Source: Eledone cirrhosa
Lineage: Eukaryota
Assembly: GCA_964016885.1 (NCBI GenBank)
Contig: OZ024764.1
Coordinates: 28,644,001-28,708,000, forward strand
Reading direction: 5' to 3'
DNA length: 64,000 nucleotides
The first letter of the stretch is position 1; each line of letters opens with the position of its first letter. The notes beneath the pieces were generated by a model that had not been told where the DNA came from, did not search any database, and saw nothing but the letters and a program-made list of their open reading frames with translations. Shown here in pieces: positions 52,085 through 64,000 of this stretch. A program made the position numbers and the translations under genes.

Positions 52085-53676
52085 TTACATCTGTCTGTGA
52101 ACTCTTGAAAAAGCAACATACAATTGTCCAGGGTTAAATACTTGCTCAGGGAGGAACAGACCCACTTTATCATGTATTTGACCATGGTTCTTGTTGATTG
52201 TCATGGCATATGACAGTCTTAATGGAAACTGGGGTCTTTCCAAAGTAAAAGGGATGTTGGCACCACTGGGGGATAACTTCAGTCTTGGGATCAAAACACA
52301 CCTGCCCATCAAAGGACCATAGATATGAGAAGCTTTGATAAAATGTTTATGCAGTTCTACTACTTCTAATCTTGTGCCATTACATAATCTGTTCTGGATT
52401 GAAATATTCCATAGAAGCATTATTATTGATCCTGCTTATAATTGGAGTTTGTGAGGCGGCATCCCAGAAGGTGTAAGCAAGTTCATTTAGCTTGAACCAG
52501 GCAGCAAGGGTCCCTGCATTTCTACCACAACCTGAGCATTGCCTCTTTGAAAGTAAACTCTGTTTGTTCTCCAGGTGTGTGGCTAGGCTGTATACTGTAT
52601 GTGATGTACCATGAAGCTTAAATTCCGAGAGACACATACCTGCAACAAAGATAGGTTCTTATTTCATCATGGTTGTGTTGGTTCTGAGCCTCATTAGGTA
52701 ATGCATTATTCGTTACTTCTATAGATGTACAATCATGCCCCATGTAACATATTTAAAGAGGTACTTGACACTTTTTACAGAAGCGCAAACTTCAACATTA
52801 ATATGTGCACAATATTTCTTAATCAAAAAGGCATTAAATGGCACAACATTCCTGTTATCTACTGAATGTCATCCAATTTACACTGCAGTTCCTGTCTTGC
52901 ACCTCCTGTACTCTGGGTATCCATTTAGGTTCAATAATGTTTCCCTTCTGTAGGTTTTTGGATAGTTCTTTTTGAAAAATCCATTTTGTATAAATGGGGG
53001 AAAAGGGTTTCCAGAACCACATGGCCTGTGGATCATAAACTTTTAAACCTGCTCATGTAGTACTGGATCATCTTCCAATGCAGGTATTTCTGCTGACACG
53101 ATTCTGTCAATGTCTTCTCTGTTTCTTATCTTGTCTTCATTTTTTAAGGCTCAGTGTTATCATCTGTTTAGATAATTCATTAAACCATTATACTCATCCA
53201 CTCACAATTGGGCTTGATTGTTCCTCAAATATTGAAGCCTGCATCCCTCTACTTTCATATAGGCATCCACTAAATACTGCTAAAATAATTTACCTGCCCT
53301 ATATATCGCACTAAATCCTCCTCTATATGCTATACAGTATATGTAATACTCCTGCATTGTCAGTCTATTGCAAACACAGGTCCTACATTCCTCTCCATGG
53401 CACTATGCCACCAAAATTCACCATTATCGGTCGGTCATGAGGTCCAAGTGGCATGAATTATGTGGTATTTTCTGAGGAGGATGGTCTTTAGGAAAGATGA
53501 TAATATCTCTTTGTACAGGTGGTGTGCCCTCAATCCCCCACAAAACAACAGCTATCATTACTAGTTGGTAAATTAGAGCAGCTCATATCTGATCCTCTTC
53601 TAAATCTTAATTCACAGTTCTGTACACTACAATTTTCTCTTCTTGCACTTTGCTGTTTGAGATGAAACAAGATAGC
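52085..53676 (-). mobile_element. Helitron RepHel pseudogene, Rep/helicase part (unit 4)
   Basis: Copy of 7491-9105 with a 23-bp deletion between gagacac direct repeats near 52630. Confidence 0.95.
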
Positions 53677-56394
53677 AATGTCCATAACATTACATGTCAG
53701 AATTATTAGCCACAGGGGCAGAGATGTCCATAACATTACATGTCAGAATTATTAGCCACCGGGGCAGAGATGTCCATAACATTACATGTCAGAATTATTA
53801 GCCACAGGGGCAGAGATGTCCATAACATTACATGACAGAATTATTAGCCACAGGGGCAGAGATGACCATAACATTACATGACATAATTATTAGCCACAGG
53901 GGCAGAGATGTCCATAACATTACATGTCAGAATTATTAGCCACCGGGGCAGAGATGTCCATAACATTACATGTCAGAATTATTAGCCACAGGGGCAGAGA
54001 TGTCCATAACATTACATGACAGAATTATTAGCCACAGGGGCAGAGATGACCATAACATTACATGACATAATTATTAGCCACAGGGGCAGAGATGACCATG
54101 ACATTACATGACAGATTTATTAGCCACAGGTGCAGAGATGTCCATAACATTACATGACAGAGTTTCATCTCGTGCTCTCTCTCTCTCGTTTCATCTCGCT
54201 CTCTCTCTCTCTCGTTTCATCTCTGTCTTCCTCTCTCTCATTTCATCTCTGTCTTCCTCTCTCTCGTTCCATCTCTCTCTTCCTCTCTCTCGTTCCATCT
54301 CTCTCTTCCTCTCTCTCGTTTCATCTCTATTTCTCTCTCTCGTTTCATCTGTCTCTCTCTCTGTCGTTTCATCTCCCTCTATCTCTCTCTCGCTCTCTCA
54401 TTTCATCTCTCTCTCCCTCTCGTTTCATCTCGCTCTCTCTCTCCTGTTTCATCTCGCTCTCTCTCTCCTGTTTCATCTCGCTCTCTCTCTCCTGTTTCAT
54501 CTCGCTCTCTAGTCTCGTTTCCTCTTTCTCTCATTTCATCTCGCTCTCTCTCTCTCATTTCATCTCGCTCTCACTCTCTCTCATTTCATCTCGCTCTCTC
54601 TCTCTCATTTCATCTCGCTCTCACTCTCTCATTTCATCTCGCTCTGACTCTCTCTCATTTCATCTCGCTCTCTCTCTCTCTCGTTTCATCTCGCTCTCTC
54701 TCTCTCATTTCATCTCGCTCTCACTCTCTCTCATTTCATCTCGCACTCACTCTCTCATTTCATCTCGCTCTCTCTCTCTCTCGTTTCATCTCGCTCTCTC
54801 TGTCTCATTTCATCTCGCTCTCTCTCTCTCTCTCTCTCTCTCGTTTCATCTCGCTCTCTCTCTCGCTCTCTCTCTCTCATTTCATCTCACTCTCTCTCTC
54901 TCTCGTTTCATCTCGCTCTCACTCTCTCATTTCATCTCGCTCTCTCTCTCTCGTTCCATCTTGCTCTCTCTCTCTCTTCCTCTCTCTCTTGTTTCAACAC
55001 TCTAATCCCTCACTTGTTTCATCTCTCTCTAATCCCTCACTTGTTTCATCTCTCTCTTGTTTCAATTCGTTCTCTCTCTCTCTCTCTCTTTCTCTCCCCT
55101 CTCTCTCTTGTTTCATCCCTCACCCTCTTGTTTCATCCCCCCTCTCCCTCTTCCTCTCTCTCTCTTCCTCTCTCTCTCTCTTTCTCTCTCTCTCTCTTCC
55201 TCTCTCTCTCTCTTCCTCTCTCTCTCTCTTCCTCTCTCTCTCTCTCTTCCTCTCTCTCTCTCTTTCAAACTCTATCTCCGACTCGTTTCATCACTCTCTC
55301 CCCTCTCTCCCCTCACCCTCTTGTTTCAACTCTCTCCTCGTTTCAACTCTCTCTCCTCTCGTTTCAACTCTCTCTCTCCTCTCGTTACAACTCTCTCTCT
55401 CTCTCCTCTCGTTTCAACTCTCTCTCTCTTTTCTCGTTTCAACTCTCTCCTCTCTTGTTTCAACTCTCTCACCTCTCGTTTCAACTCTTTCTCTCTGTGT
55501 CTCCAATGTGTAATAAACCGTGACTCATATATATATACCGAAGAATGTACATAAACACATACATACACGCATGTGTATATATATATACATACATGTGTCT
55601 CTCTCTCTCCCTATATATATGTATATATGTATAAATATGTACATACATATTAGTGTATATATATTGCTATCTATATGCATATTTGTATAATTATACTGTA
55701 TGGTGAATTGGCAGTATCGGTAGAGGGTCTGACGCCATGCTTTCCAGCATAGTTACGTCCCTTTACGATCCGAGGTTAACTTTGCCTTTCATCCTTACGG
55801 GGTCGATAAAATAAAGTACCAGTAATGTACTGGTTAATTGCTGGCCTTGTGCCTAAAGTAGAAACAATTATTAGTTCAAAGAGAAACCACCATCCTACCT
55901 GAAATATTATGTTATCATATTAAATATTTCTTATACTGTCATGTTTTTTCTTTAAAACGATTGCATCTCAATAAAGTGAAGAAAACTATTATATACTGTT
56001 GTTATATCATTATACTTTAGTTTTAACATTTCTATGTGTATAAATATAATGTATGTAAGTGTGTTTGAAAATATATAATAATAATATGCATGTTTGAAGC
56101 AGGGTTCAACTGAAATATCTATACCAGTAACTTAATTAGTGTTACACCTTAGGCATAAACTATTTGGCATTCTTTGAAGGAGGTACTAGGTTTTTCGCTG
56201 TCTTAAATGGAGTATACACGCGCACACGATGCATATATATAAATTGTTTTTCTCTGTACAAAGAGATTGACATCATTTCTTAAATCATTATTTAGGGTTT
56301 TACAACAAAACATATTGTATGTGTAATTATACAAATTGAATTTAAGTATTTATTTTAAAATTTTACATACACTTTAGTAGTATATATATATATA

Positions 56395-57162
56395 TTCATT
56401 TGTGATGCCATGCATTGTATTGTACACTTCGACATATGGATTATATTCATGCAACACCTCTCTTATCATAGCCATTTTTTGTGGTGAGCAGTCATTATTT
56501 GTTGGGACTAGGGCAGTGGATTGGCAGTATCGGTAGAGCATCAGACACCATGCTTTGCAGCATAGGGTTATGGCCCTTTACGTTCTGGGTTCAAATCCCT
56601 CTAAGGTTGACTTTGTTTTCATCCTTATGAGGTCGATAGAATAAAGTACCAGTAATTGCTGGCCTTGTGCCAGAAACAATTATTTGGTTGTACTTCCAAT
56701 CTGTGCTACACACCTTCGTTCCCATCAATAATATATAACTGGCCATATTGTGGTGTATTTTCTGCAGGTTACAGAGATGGGTGTGTATTGATATGTTTGA
56801 CCCTGAATATGAAATCTATACGGGCCTCTGCCGGGTGGTAACACCAAATGAAGTGAAATAAATGTAGTTTTAATTGCAGATGTTTCTGTGAAATCAACTG
56901 CTTCCTGGCCTCTTTCAAAGAGATTTCTCAGTCTCTCAGGGTATATTTGCAATGGTGGCAACACTACCTTTTCTTTATTACAACAGTTACAATTTTCATT
57001 TCTAAATTTCAAAGCTCCACAGTGATCACACGAAACATTCATATCACTAATATGAAATTCTTCTACATTTCCATTAATATTAATTGTTGGCCAATTTCTC
57101 TTACGACGCTCATTATCCATTCTTCTCTGTCTGAATGTTTTCCATTCTAAGTCTATTTGCAT
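56395..57162 (-). mobile_element. Helitron N-terminal remnant with SINE insertion (unit 4)
   Basis: Copy of 11625-12392. Confidence 0.9.
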
Positions 57163-57263
57163 GGAATAATTATATTCTGTTGTTTATTATGTAATTAAAT
57201 AGCTCTGTACAATACATAGAGCATTCTTCTTTTCTTTACCTTTTCTATGGAAATACAAGAACA

Positions 57264-57312
<49 letters not shown>

Positions 57313-58771
57313 ACATACATAAACAAGACTGTTATTGCTCCAACCAGTCTATTTACCTTTGATAACTATCCTAAATATAAATACACCTATACCATACATA
57401 CATATATCATATATGTTTTTGATGCCGTGGTATAGCAGAGATAAGCAAGAAGAGAAAAGAAAATGAAAATGAGAAAAAAAAAGAAGTAAGAAGTCGGGGG
57501 AGGGACAGACACTTCACCCCAGTCTAAGTGGTCCCTCAGCCGCAACCTGTGGAAGAAACGTAAAAGCGTTACCTCAGAGCAAGGCCAGAGACACCTGCTA
57601 CAATAGTCGCCCCTCCTCATGAGACTCCTGTCGTCTTTCCTCCCGACTTTATGGAGGAAATCAGCAGTACAGGGACCAAGTATGGCAGAGGTCTCAATGG
57701 AGTGGAAGAGGTGAGTCAGGCCTTGGTACTATCTTACTATCCTCTGCATTGCGGGGTGTGGAGCCTAGGTTTGTGGCTGTAGCTATATTTGAACTTTTAT
57801 ATGAAATTTCAGTTTTATATTTTTCACATCATAAAACTTAATCTTAGTCTTTTGCAGCTCATCTTGTTTCATCTCTCAGCACACGATTTGGGAACCACTG
57901 CTCTAGAGATAGAAAAAGTATATTTTATGCAGGGCTTCCCTGAGACATAAAAACTATTTCAAGAGATCGACATGGGTAGAAAGGTTGAGAATGCTGCACA
58001 ATGTTCTTTGGTTTTTGTTCACCTTTAAATAATCATGTATAAAATATCGGGTGTGCAAGATTTCATGAAAAGGTATAACATTATTTATGCTGATCTTGCA
58101 GGGACTAGCTCCAACTGAGAGTTGTACCAATTCCCACTAAACTCGAAACTCCTGGACAATATATACATATCTTTATAAGTTCCTGTGTATTGTGTCGCTG
58201 TATAATGAAACATAAATATATACCATGCATGTCAGTCAGATTTGAACTCACTATATTTGGCGTTTTATAGATATAATTTGTTTGTTAAAACAATTGATTA
58301 AATAATAACTAAATAAAATTAATTCTACAATCCTGGATAGGGAATGAACTAGAAGCCATCTATTCGAGCAGTATTGCCATCTAAGCCACCAGGTTACTTA
58401 CAGAACTTCATTCAAATATAAAATATAAAATATATGCCAGACATAGTGAGTTCGAATCTGACTGATTAGTTGGTCATTGTCCCAGCCAACAGTTTAAATC
58501 GCCAACCAGTAGGTGAAATCGACTAGGTTGGGAAAACTTGGTTAAGTAGCTCCAGTTATTGCTATGTTAGACATATTCAAGACTTATCGACACTGAATGG
58601 AAGAAAGGTAAAGTTGAACTCAGAGTAAAGAACTGGAAAAATACTGCAAAGAATTCTATCTGATGTTCTAACAATTCTACCAAGTTACCTTATGTATATA
58701 TATTTATATCTAGAGATAAGAAGAAAACTGAATGAAAGAAAAGAAAAAAAATGAGACCTTATATGTAACCC

Positions 58772-59482
58772 ATGTTACAACTCAATATATATATATTTGG
58801 GTTGTAACATATTCCTGCCGGTGAAATAAAAATTTTAATAGAAAAACGGCGGGAATATATGTTACGACCCAATCTATATATATTTGAGTTGTAACATATA
58901 TTCCCGCCGTTGAAATAAAAATTTTAATAGAAAAACGGCGGGAATATATGTTACAATCCAAGCTACATATTTTTGGGTTGTAACATATATTCCCGCCGTT
59001 GAAATAAAAATTTTAATAGAAAAACGGCGGGAATATATGTTACAACGCAATCTATATATTTTGGGTTGTAACATATATTCCCGCCGTTGAAATAAAAATT
59101 TTAATAGAAAAACGGCGGGAATATATGTTACAACCCAACCTATATATGTTTGGGTTGTAATATATATTCCCGCCGTTTTTATGTTAAAATTTTTATTTCA
59201 ACGGCGGGAATATATGTTACAACCCAAATATATATAGATTGGGTTGTAACATATGTTCCCGTCGTTTTCCTATTAAAATTTTTATTTCAACGGCGGGAAT
59301 ATATGTTACAACCCAAATATATATAGATTGGGTTGTAACATATGTTCCCGCCGTTTTCCTATTAAAATTTTTATTTCAACGGCGGGAATATATGTTACAA
59401 CCCAAATATATATAGATTGGGTTGTAACATATATTCCCGCCGTTTTTCTATTAAAATTTTTATTTCAACGGCGGGAATATAT
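58772..59482. mobile_element. MADE1-like MITE array, 4+4
   Basis: Near-identical to 14024-14734. Confidence 0.85.
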
Positions 59483-59861
59483 ACCCTGAGAGACTGAGAA
59501 ATCTCTTTCAAAGAGATTTCTCAGTCTCTCAGGGTATATTTGCAATGGTGGCAACACAACCTTTCCTTTATTACAACAGTTACAATTTTCATTTCTAAAT
59601 TTCAAAGCTCCACAGTGATCACACGAAACATTCATATCACTAATATGAAATCCTTCTACATTTCCATTAATATTAATTGTTGGCCAATTTCTCTTATGAC
59701 GCTCATTATCCATTCTTCTCTGTCTGAATGTTTTCCATTCTAAGTCTATTTGCATGGAATAATTATATTCTGTTGTTTATTATGTAATTAAATAGCTCTG
59801 TACAATACATAGAGCATTCTTCTTTTCTTTACCTTTTCTATGGAAATACAAGAACAAACAG

Positions 59862-59895
<34 letters not shown>

Positions 59896-60010
59896 ATATA
59901 CATAAACAAGACTGTTATTGCTTCAACCAGTCTATTTACCTTTGATAACTATCCTAAATATAAATACACCTATACCATACATACACATATCATATATGTT
60001 TTTGATGCCG

Positions 60011-62604
60011 TGGTATAGCAGAGATAAGCAAGAAGAGAAAAGAAAATGAAAATGAGAAAAAAAAAGAAGTAAGAAGTCGGGGGAGGGACAGACACTTCAC
60101 CCCAGTCTAAGTGGTCCCTCAGCCGCAACCTGTGGAAGAAACGTAAAAGCGTTACCTCGGAGCAAGGCCAGAGACACCTGCTACAATAGTCGCCCCTCCT
60201 CATGAGGCTCCTGTCGTCTTTCCTCCCGACTTTATGGAGGAAATCAGCAGTACAGGGACCAAGTATGGCAGAGGTCTCAATGGAGTGGAAGAGGTGAGTC
60301 AGGCCTTGGTACTATCTTACTATCCTTTGCATTGCGGGGTGTGGAGCCTAGGTTTGTGGCTGTAGCTATATTTGAACTTTTATATGAAATTTCAGTTTTA
60401 TATTTTTCACATCTTAAAACTTAATCTTAGTCTTTTGCAGCTCATCTTGTTTCATCTCGCAGCACACGATTTGGGAACCACTGCTCTAGAGATAGAAAAA
60501 GTATATTTTATGCAGGGCTTCCCTGAGACATAAAAACTATTTCAAGAGATCGACATGGGTAGAAAGGTTGAGAAATGCTGCACAATGTTCTTTGGTTTTT
60601 GTTCACCTTTAAATAATCATGTATAAAACATCGGGTGTGCAAGATTTCATGAAAAGGTATAACATTATTTATGCTGATCTTGCAGGAACTAGCTCCAATT
60701 GAGAGTTGTACCAATTCCCACTAAACTCGAAACTCCTGGACAATATATACATATCTTTATAAGTTCCTGTGTATTGTGTCGTTGTATAATGAAACATAAA
60801 TATATACCATGCATGTCAGTCAGATTTGAACTCACTATATTTGGCGTTTTATAGATATAATTTGTTTGTTAAAACAATTGATTAAATAATAACTAAATAA
60901 AATTAATTCTACAATCCTGGATAGGGAATGAACTTATAACTTCATAATAGAAGCCATCTATTCGAGCAGTATTGCCATCTAAGCCACCAGGTTACTTACA
61001 GAACTTCATTCAAATATAAAATATAAAATATATGCCAGACATAGTGAGTTCGAATCTGACTGATTAGTTGGTCATTGTCCCAGCCAACAGTTTAAATCGC
61101 CAACCAGTAGGTGACATCGACTAGGTTGGGAAAACTTGGTTAAGTAGCTCCAATTATTGCTACGTTAGACATATTCAAGACTTATCGACACCGAATGGAA
61201 GAAAGGTAAAGTTGAACTCAGAGTAAAGAACTGGAAAAATACTGCAAAGAATTCTATCTGATGTTCTAACAATTCTACCAAATTACCTTATGTATATATA
61301 TTTATATCTAGAGATAAGAAGAAAACTGAAAGAAAGAAAAAAAAAAAAATGAGACCTTATATGTAACCCATGACCGGGATTGAAACCGAAACCAGGACTA
61401 CCACCATCTCTGGTATCACCCACCAGACCACCATGAAAGATACAAAAATCTGCTTTTTTAATATTTATAAGCCTACTTTCAATATTAAAGTAATTAACAT
61501 GTGGTGTTGTTCATGCCTTTCTCTATGTTATTGGTAAAAAATAAAGTATTTAAACCTCAAATTTTGTTATTCAAATATGCTTGCTTATGTAATTATAAAT
61601 GTCGCAGAATACACACACATATATAGATGTGAAAATATTCAGGACCCCAACGGCTGTGCTACTGCCGTTTCGACATCTATATATATATCTTTTAGTCCTA
61701 GGCTCTTTCAGCGCAGAAAGAATTCTCCAATGATCACAATCAGCTAATGGTGCCCAGTGGAAGCACTTTTAGTCTAATTATAACCCCAACGATCACGATT
61801 AGCGGCGGCTTTTTCGAGTCTGAGGTTGACTGCCAGCTATATATATATATATATTTTTATACTTTGCTAGAATCCCGGAGAACAACAGAAAGATGCTGAG
61901 TTCAGAGTTTAAAAAACATGTCCCTTTAATATAAAAACAATCCGAGTCTTGTAAAAGTGTTATTACTGTAATATAAAGTAGAAACCCTTTATTTAAACAA
62001 AGCTGCGATGCAGCGATCATCAAAGCAAACCCCAAAATGTAAACAAACTTCTCGCAGGTGCTGCCAGATACACGATAACATGTGTATACGAAGTGTAACA
62101 GGGAGTTGGGTCGTATTATATGACTTTCAAATTGACCCCTATTATATTCAAATTATCCCCTGTGGGGCGTGCACCCCACGTTGAGAATCCCTCATAAATA
62201 AATATATGTGAGTGTGTTGCTATGACTGCTATTTCTAGCAGGTTTACTGCAGTCCTGTAGACGCACAACAAAAACCGGAAGTGGCAGCCATTAAAAAACT
62301 TTGGCTTAAAATCAGCCAAAAGATTTTCAATAATAGTAAAATTTTATTTTTGACAAGGACGATAACTTTTGTCTTACTTAATCGCAAAAATCGAGGCAAA
62401 AATTTTGAGGGTGTGCAGTTTACACGCTAAAAATAAACCTGCTAGAAATAGCAGTCATAGCAACTCACTTACATATATTTATATATCATATATATATATA
62501 TATGATATATATATTGACACTTTAGAAATAGCAGCGAATAACAGAAAGGACACACACACATATATATATATATACACACACACACATATATATATATGCC
62601 CCAG

Positions 62605-62662
<58 letters not shown>

Positions 62663-63741
62663 TATATATATATGCCCCAGCATACACACACACACACACA
62701 TATATATACATATATATATATATGCCCCAGCATGGTCTTGGACGATCGTCTAACTAAGGCCAATAATAAAATACTTCAAAATAAATTAAACACTACTAAA
62801 TCCGGGGTTACAACTTGGATTACTTAAAAGTCAGTAAAGCTGTAAAGATTCTATATTGTAAATAGGTGGTCGCATGTTCGAATCCGGGCAAATCCCGAGA
62901 AAAATAACAAAAAGAAGGACAATGTAAAAATAACAGCCATAGACGAGAGGAGGACACACACACAAACACACACATATACACACACATGTATATATATATA
63001 TATGTGTGTCTGTGTATGTGTTTGGCTGCTATATATATATATAGAGGTCAACACACACACACGTACATATATAAGTGTGTGTGTTTGGCTGATATATATA
63101 TATATATATATATATATGATATATAAATATATGTGAGTTGCTATGACTGCTATTTCTAGCAGGTTTATTTTAGCGTGTAAACTGCACACCCGCAAAATTT
63201 TTGCCTCGATTTTTGCGATTAAGTAAGACAAAAGTTATCGTCCTTGTCAAAAATGAAATTTTACTATTATTGAAAATCTTTTGGCTGATTTTAAGCCAAA
63301 GTTTTTTAATGGCTGCCACTTCCGGTTTTTGTTGTGCGTCTACAGGACTGCAGTAAACCTGCTAGAAATAGCAGTCATAGCAACGCACTCACATATTTTT
63401 ATTTATGAGGGATTCTCAACGTGGGGTGCACGCCCCACAGGGGATAATTTGAATATAATAGGGGTCAATTTGAAAGTCATATAATACGACCAAGCTTCCA
63501 GATACACTTCGTATACACATGTTATTTGAAGTTTGTTTTGATCATCGCTGCATCGCAGCTTTGTTTAAATATAGGGTTTCTACTTTATATTACAGTAATA
63601 AAAGTCTTACTTCGTCTACACATGTTATCGTGTATCCGGCAGCACCTATGGGCTGTTTGTTTATACTTTGGTGTTTATTTTGATCATCGCCTCATCGCAG
63701 GTTTGTTTAATTAAAGGTTGCGAGGGGGATCACTGATATAA

Positions 63742-63774
<33 letters not shown>

Positions 63775-63853
63775 ACGAAAAGACACACACATATATATAC
63801 ATACACGCAGACATACACCTGTGTGTATGTGCGTGTGTGCGTGTCTTTGGCTG

Positions 63854-63933
<80 letters not shown>

Positions 63934-64000
63934 TTCTCTCTGTGTATATATATACAGACACACACTGTTGTTTCTTGATTTTTAGCTGCTGTTTCTAAAG
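60011..64000. repeat. macrosatellite unit 5 (partial)
   Basis: Matches approximately 1-4010. Confidence 0.97.

Larger units (their letters stand above)
45077..60010. repeat. macrosatellite unit 4
   Basis: Colinear except for a different interior of the large inverted repeat (~47390-47925). Confidence 0.97.
1..64000. repeat. ~15-kb tandem macrosatellite, ~4.3 head-to-tail copies, running off both window ends
   Basis: The same marker (tggtatagcagagataagc followed by the same downstream block order) occurs at 1, 15259, 30202, 45077 and 60011. The ORF track repeats with the same offsets (498/15756/30699/45574/60508). Confidence 0.99.

Overview
This is eukaryotic, AT-rich, microsatellite-rich DNA. 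The tRNA-headed SINE containing GGGGTCGATAAAATAAAGTACCAG resembles the abundant Octopus/cephalopod SINEs (recognised from memory, not searched). The whole window is one head-to-tail macrosatellite of about 15 kb: matching positions fall at 1, 15259, 30202, 45077 and 60011 (periods 15258, 14943, 14875, 14934 bp; about 4.3 near-identical copies). I found no intact protein-coding gene and no rRNA, snRNA, histone or tRNA payload. Each unit is a mosaic of dead mobile-element pieces: a broken Helitron RepHel gene, three different CRE-type restriction-like-endonuclease (RLE) retrotransposon 3' ends, a decayed PHD finger, SINEs, hAT ends, MITEs, three minisatellites and a 1.3-kb CT tract. All confidently identified coding remnants lie on the minus strand. 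Notable structure per unit: (i) an internal 1.9-kb direct duplication whose junction holds a mirror-symmetric array of 78-bp MADE1-like palindromic MITEs plus a 61-bp snap-back hairpin; (ii) a ~1.65-kb inverted repeat. In a divergent stretch (~42-49 kb) the centre of the MITE array is flipped and both inner arms of the inverted repeat are replaced symmetrically. Most ORFs in the supplied track are microsatellite artefacts.
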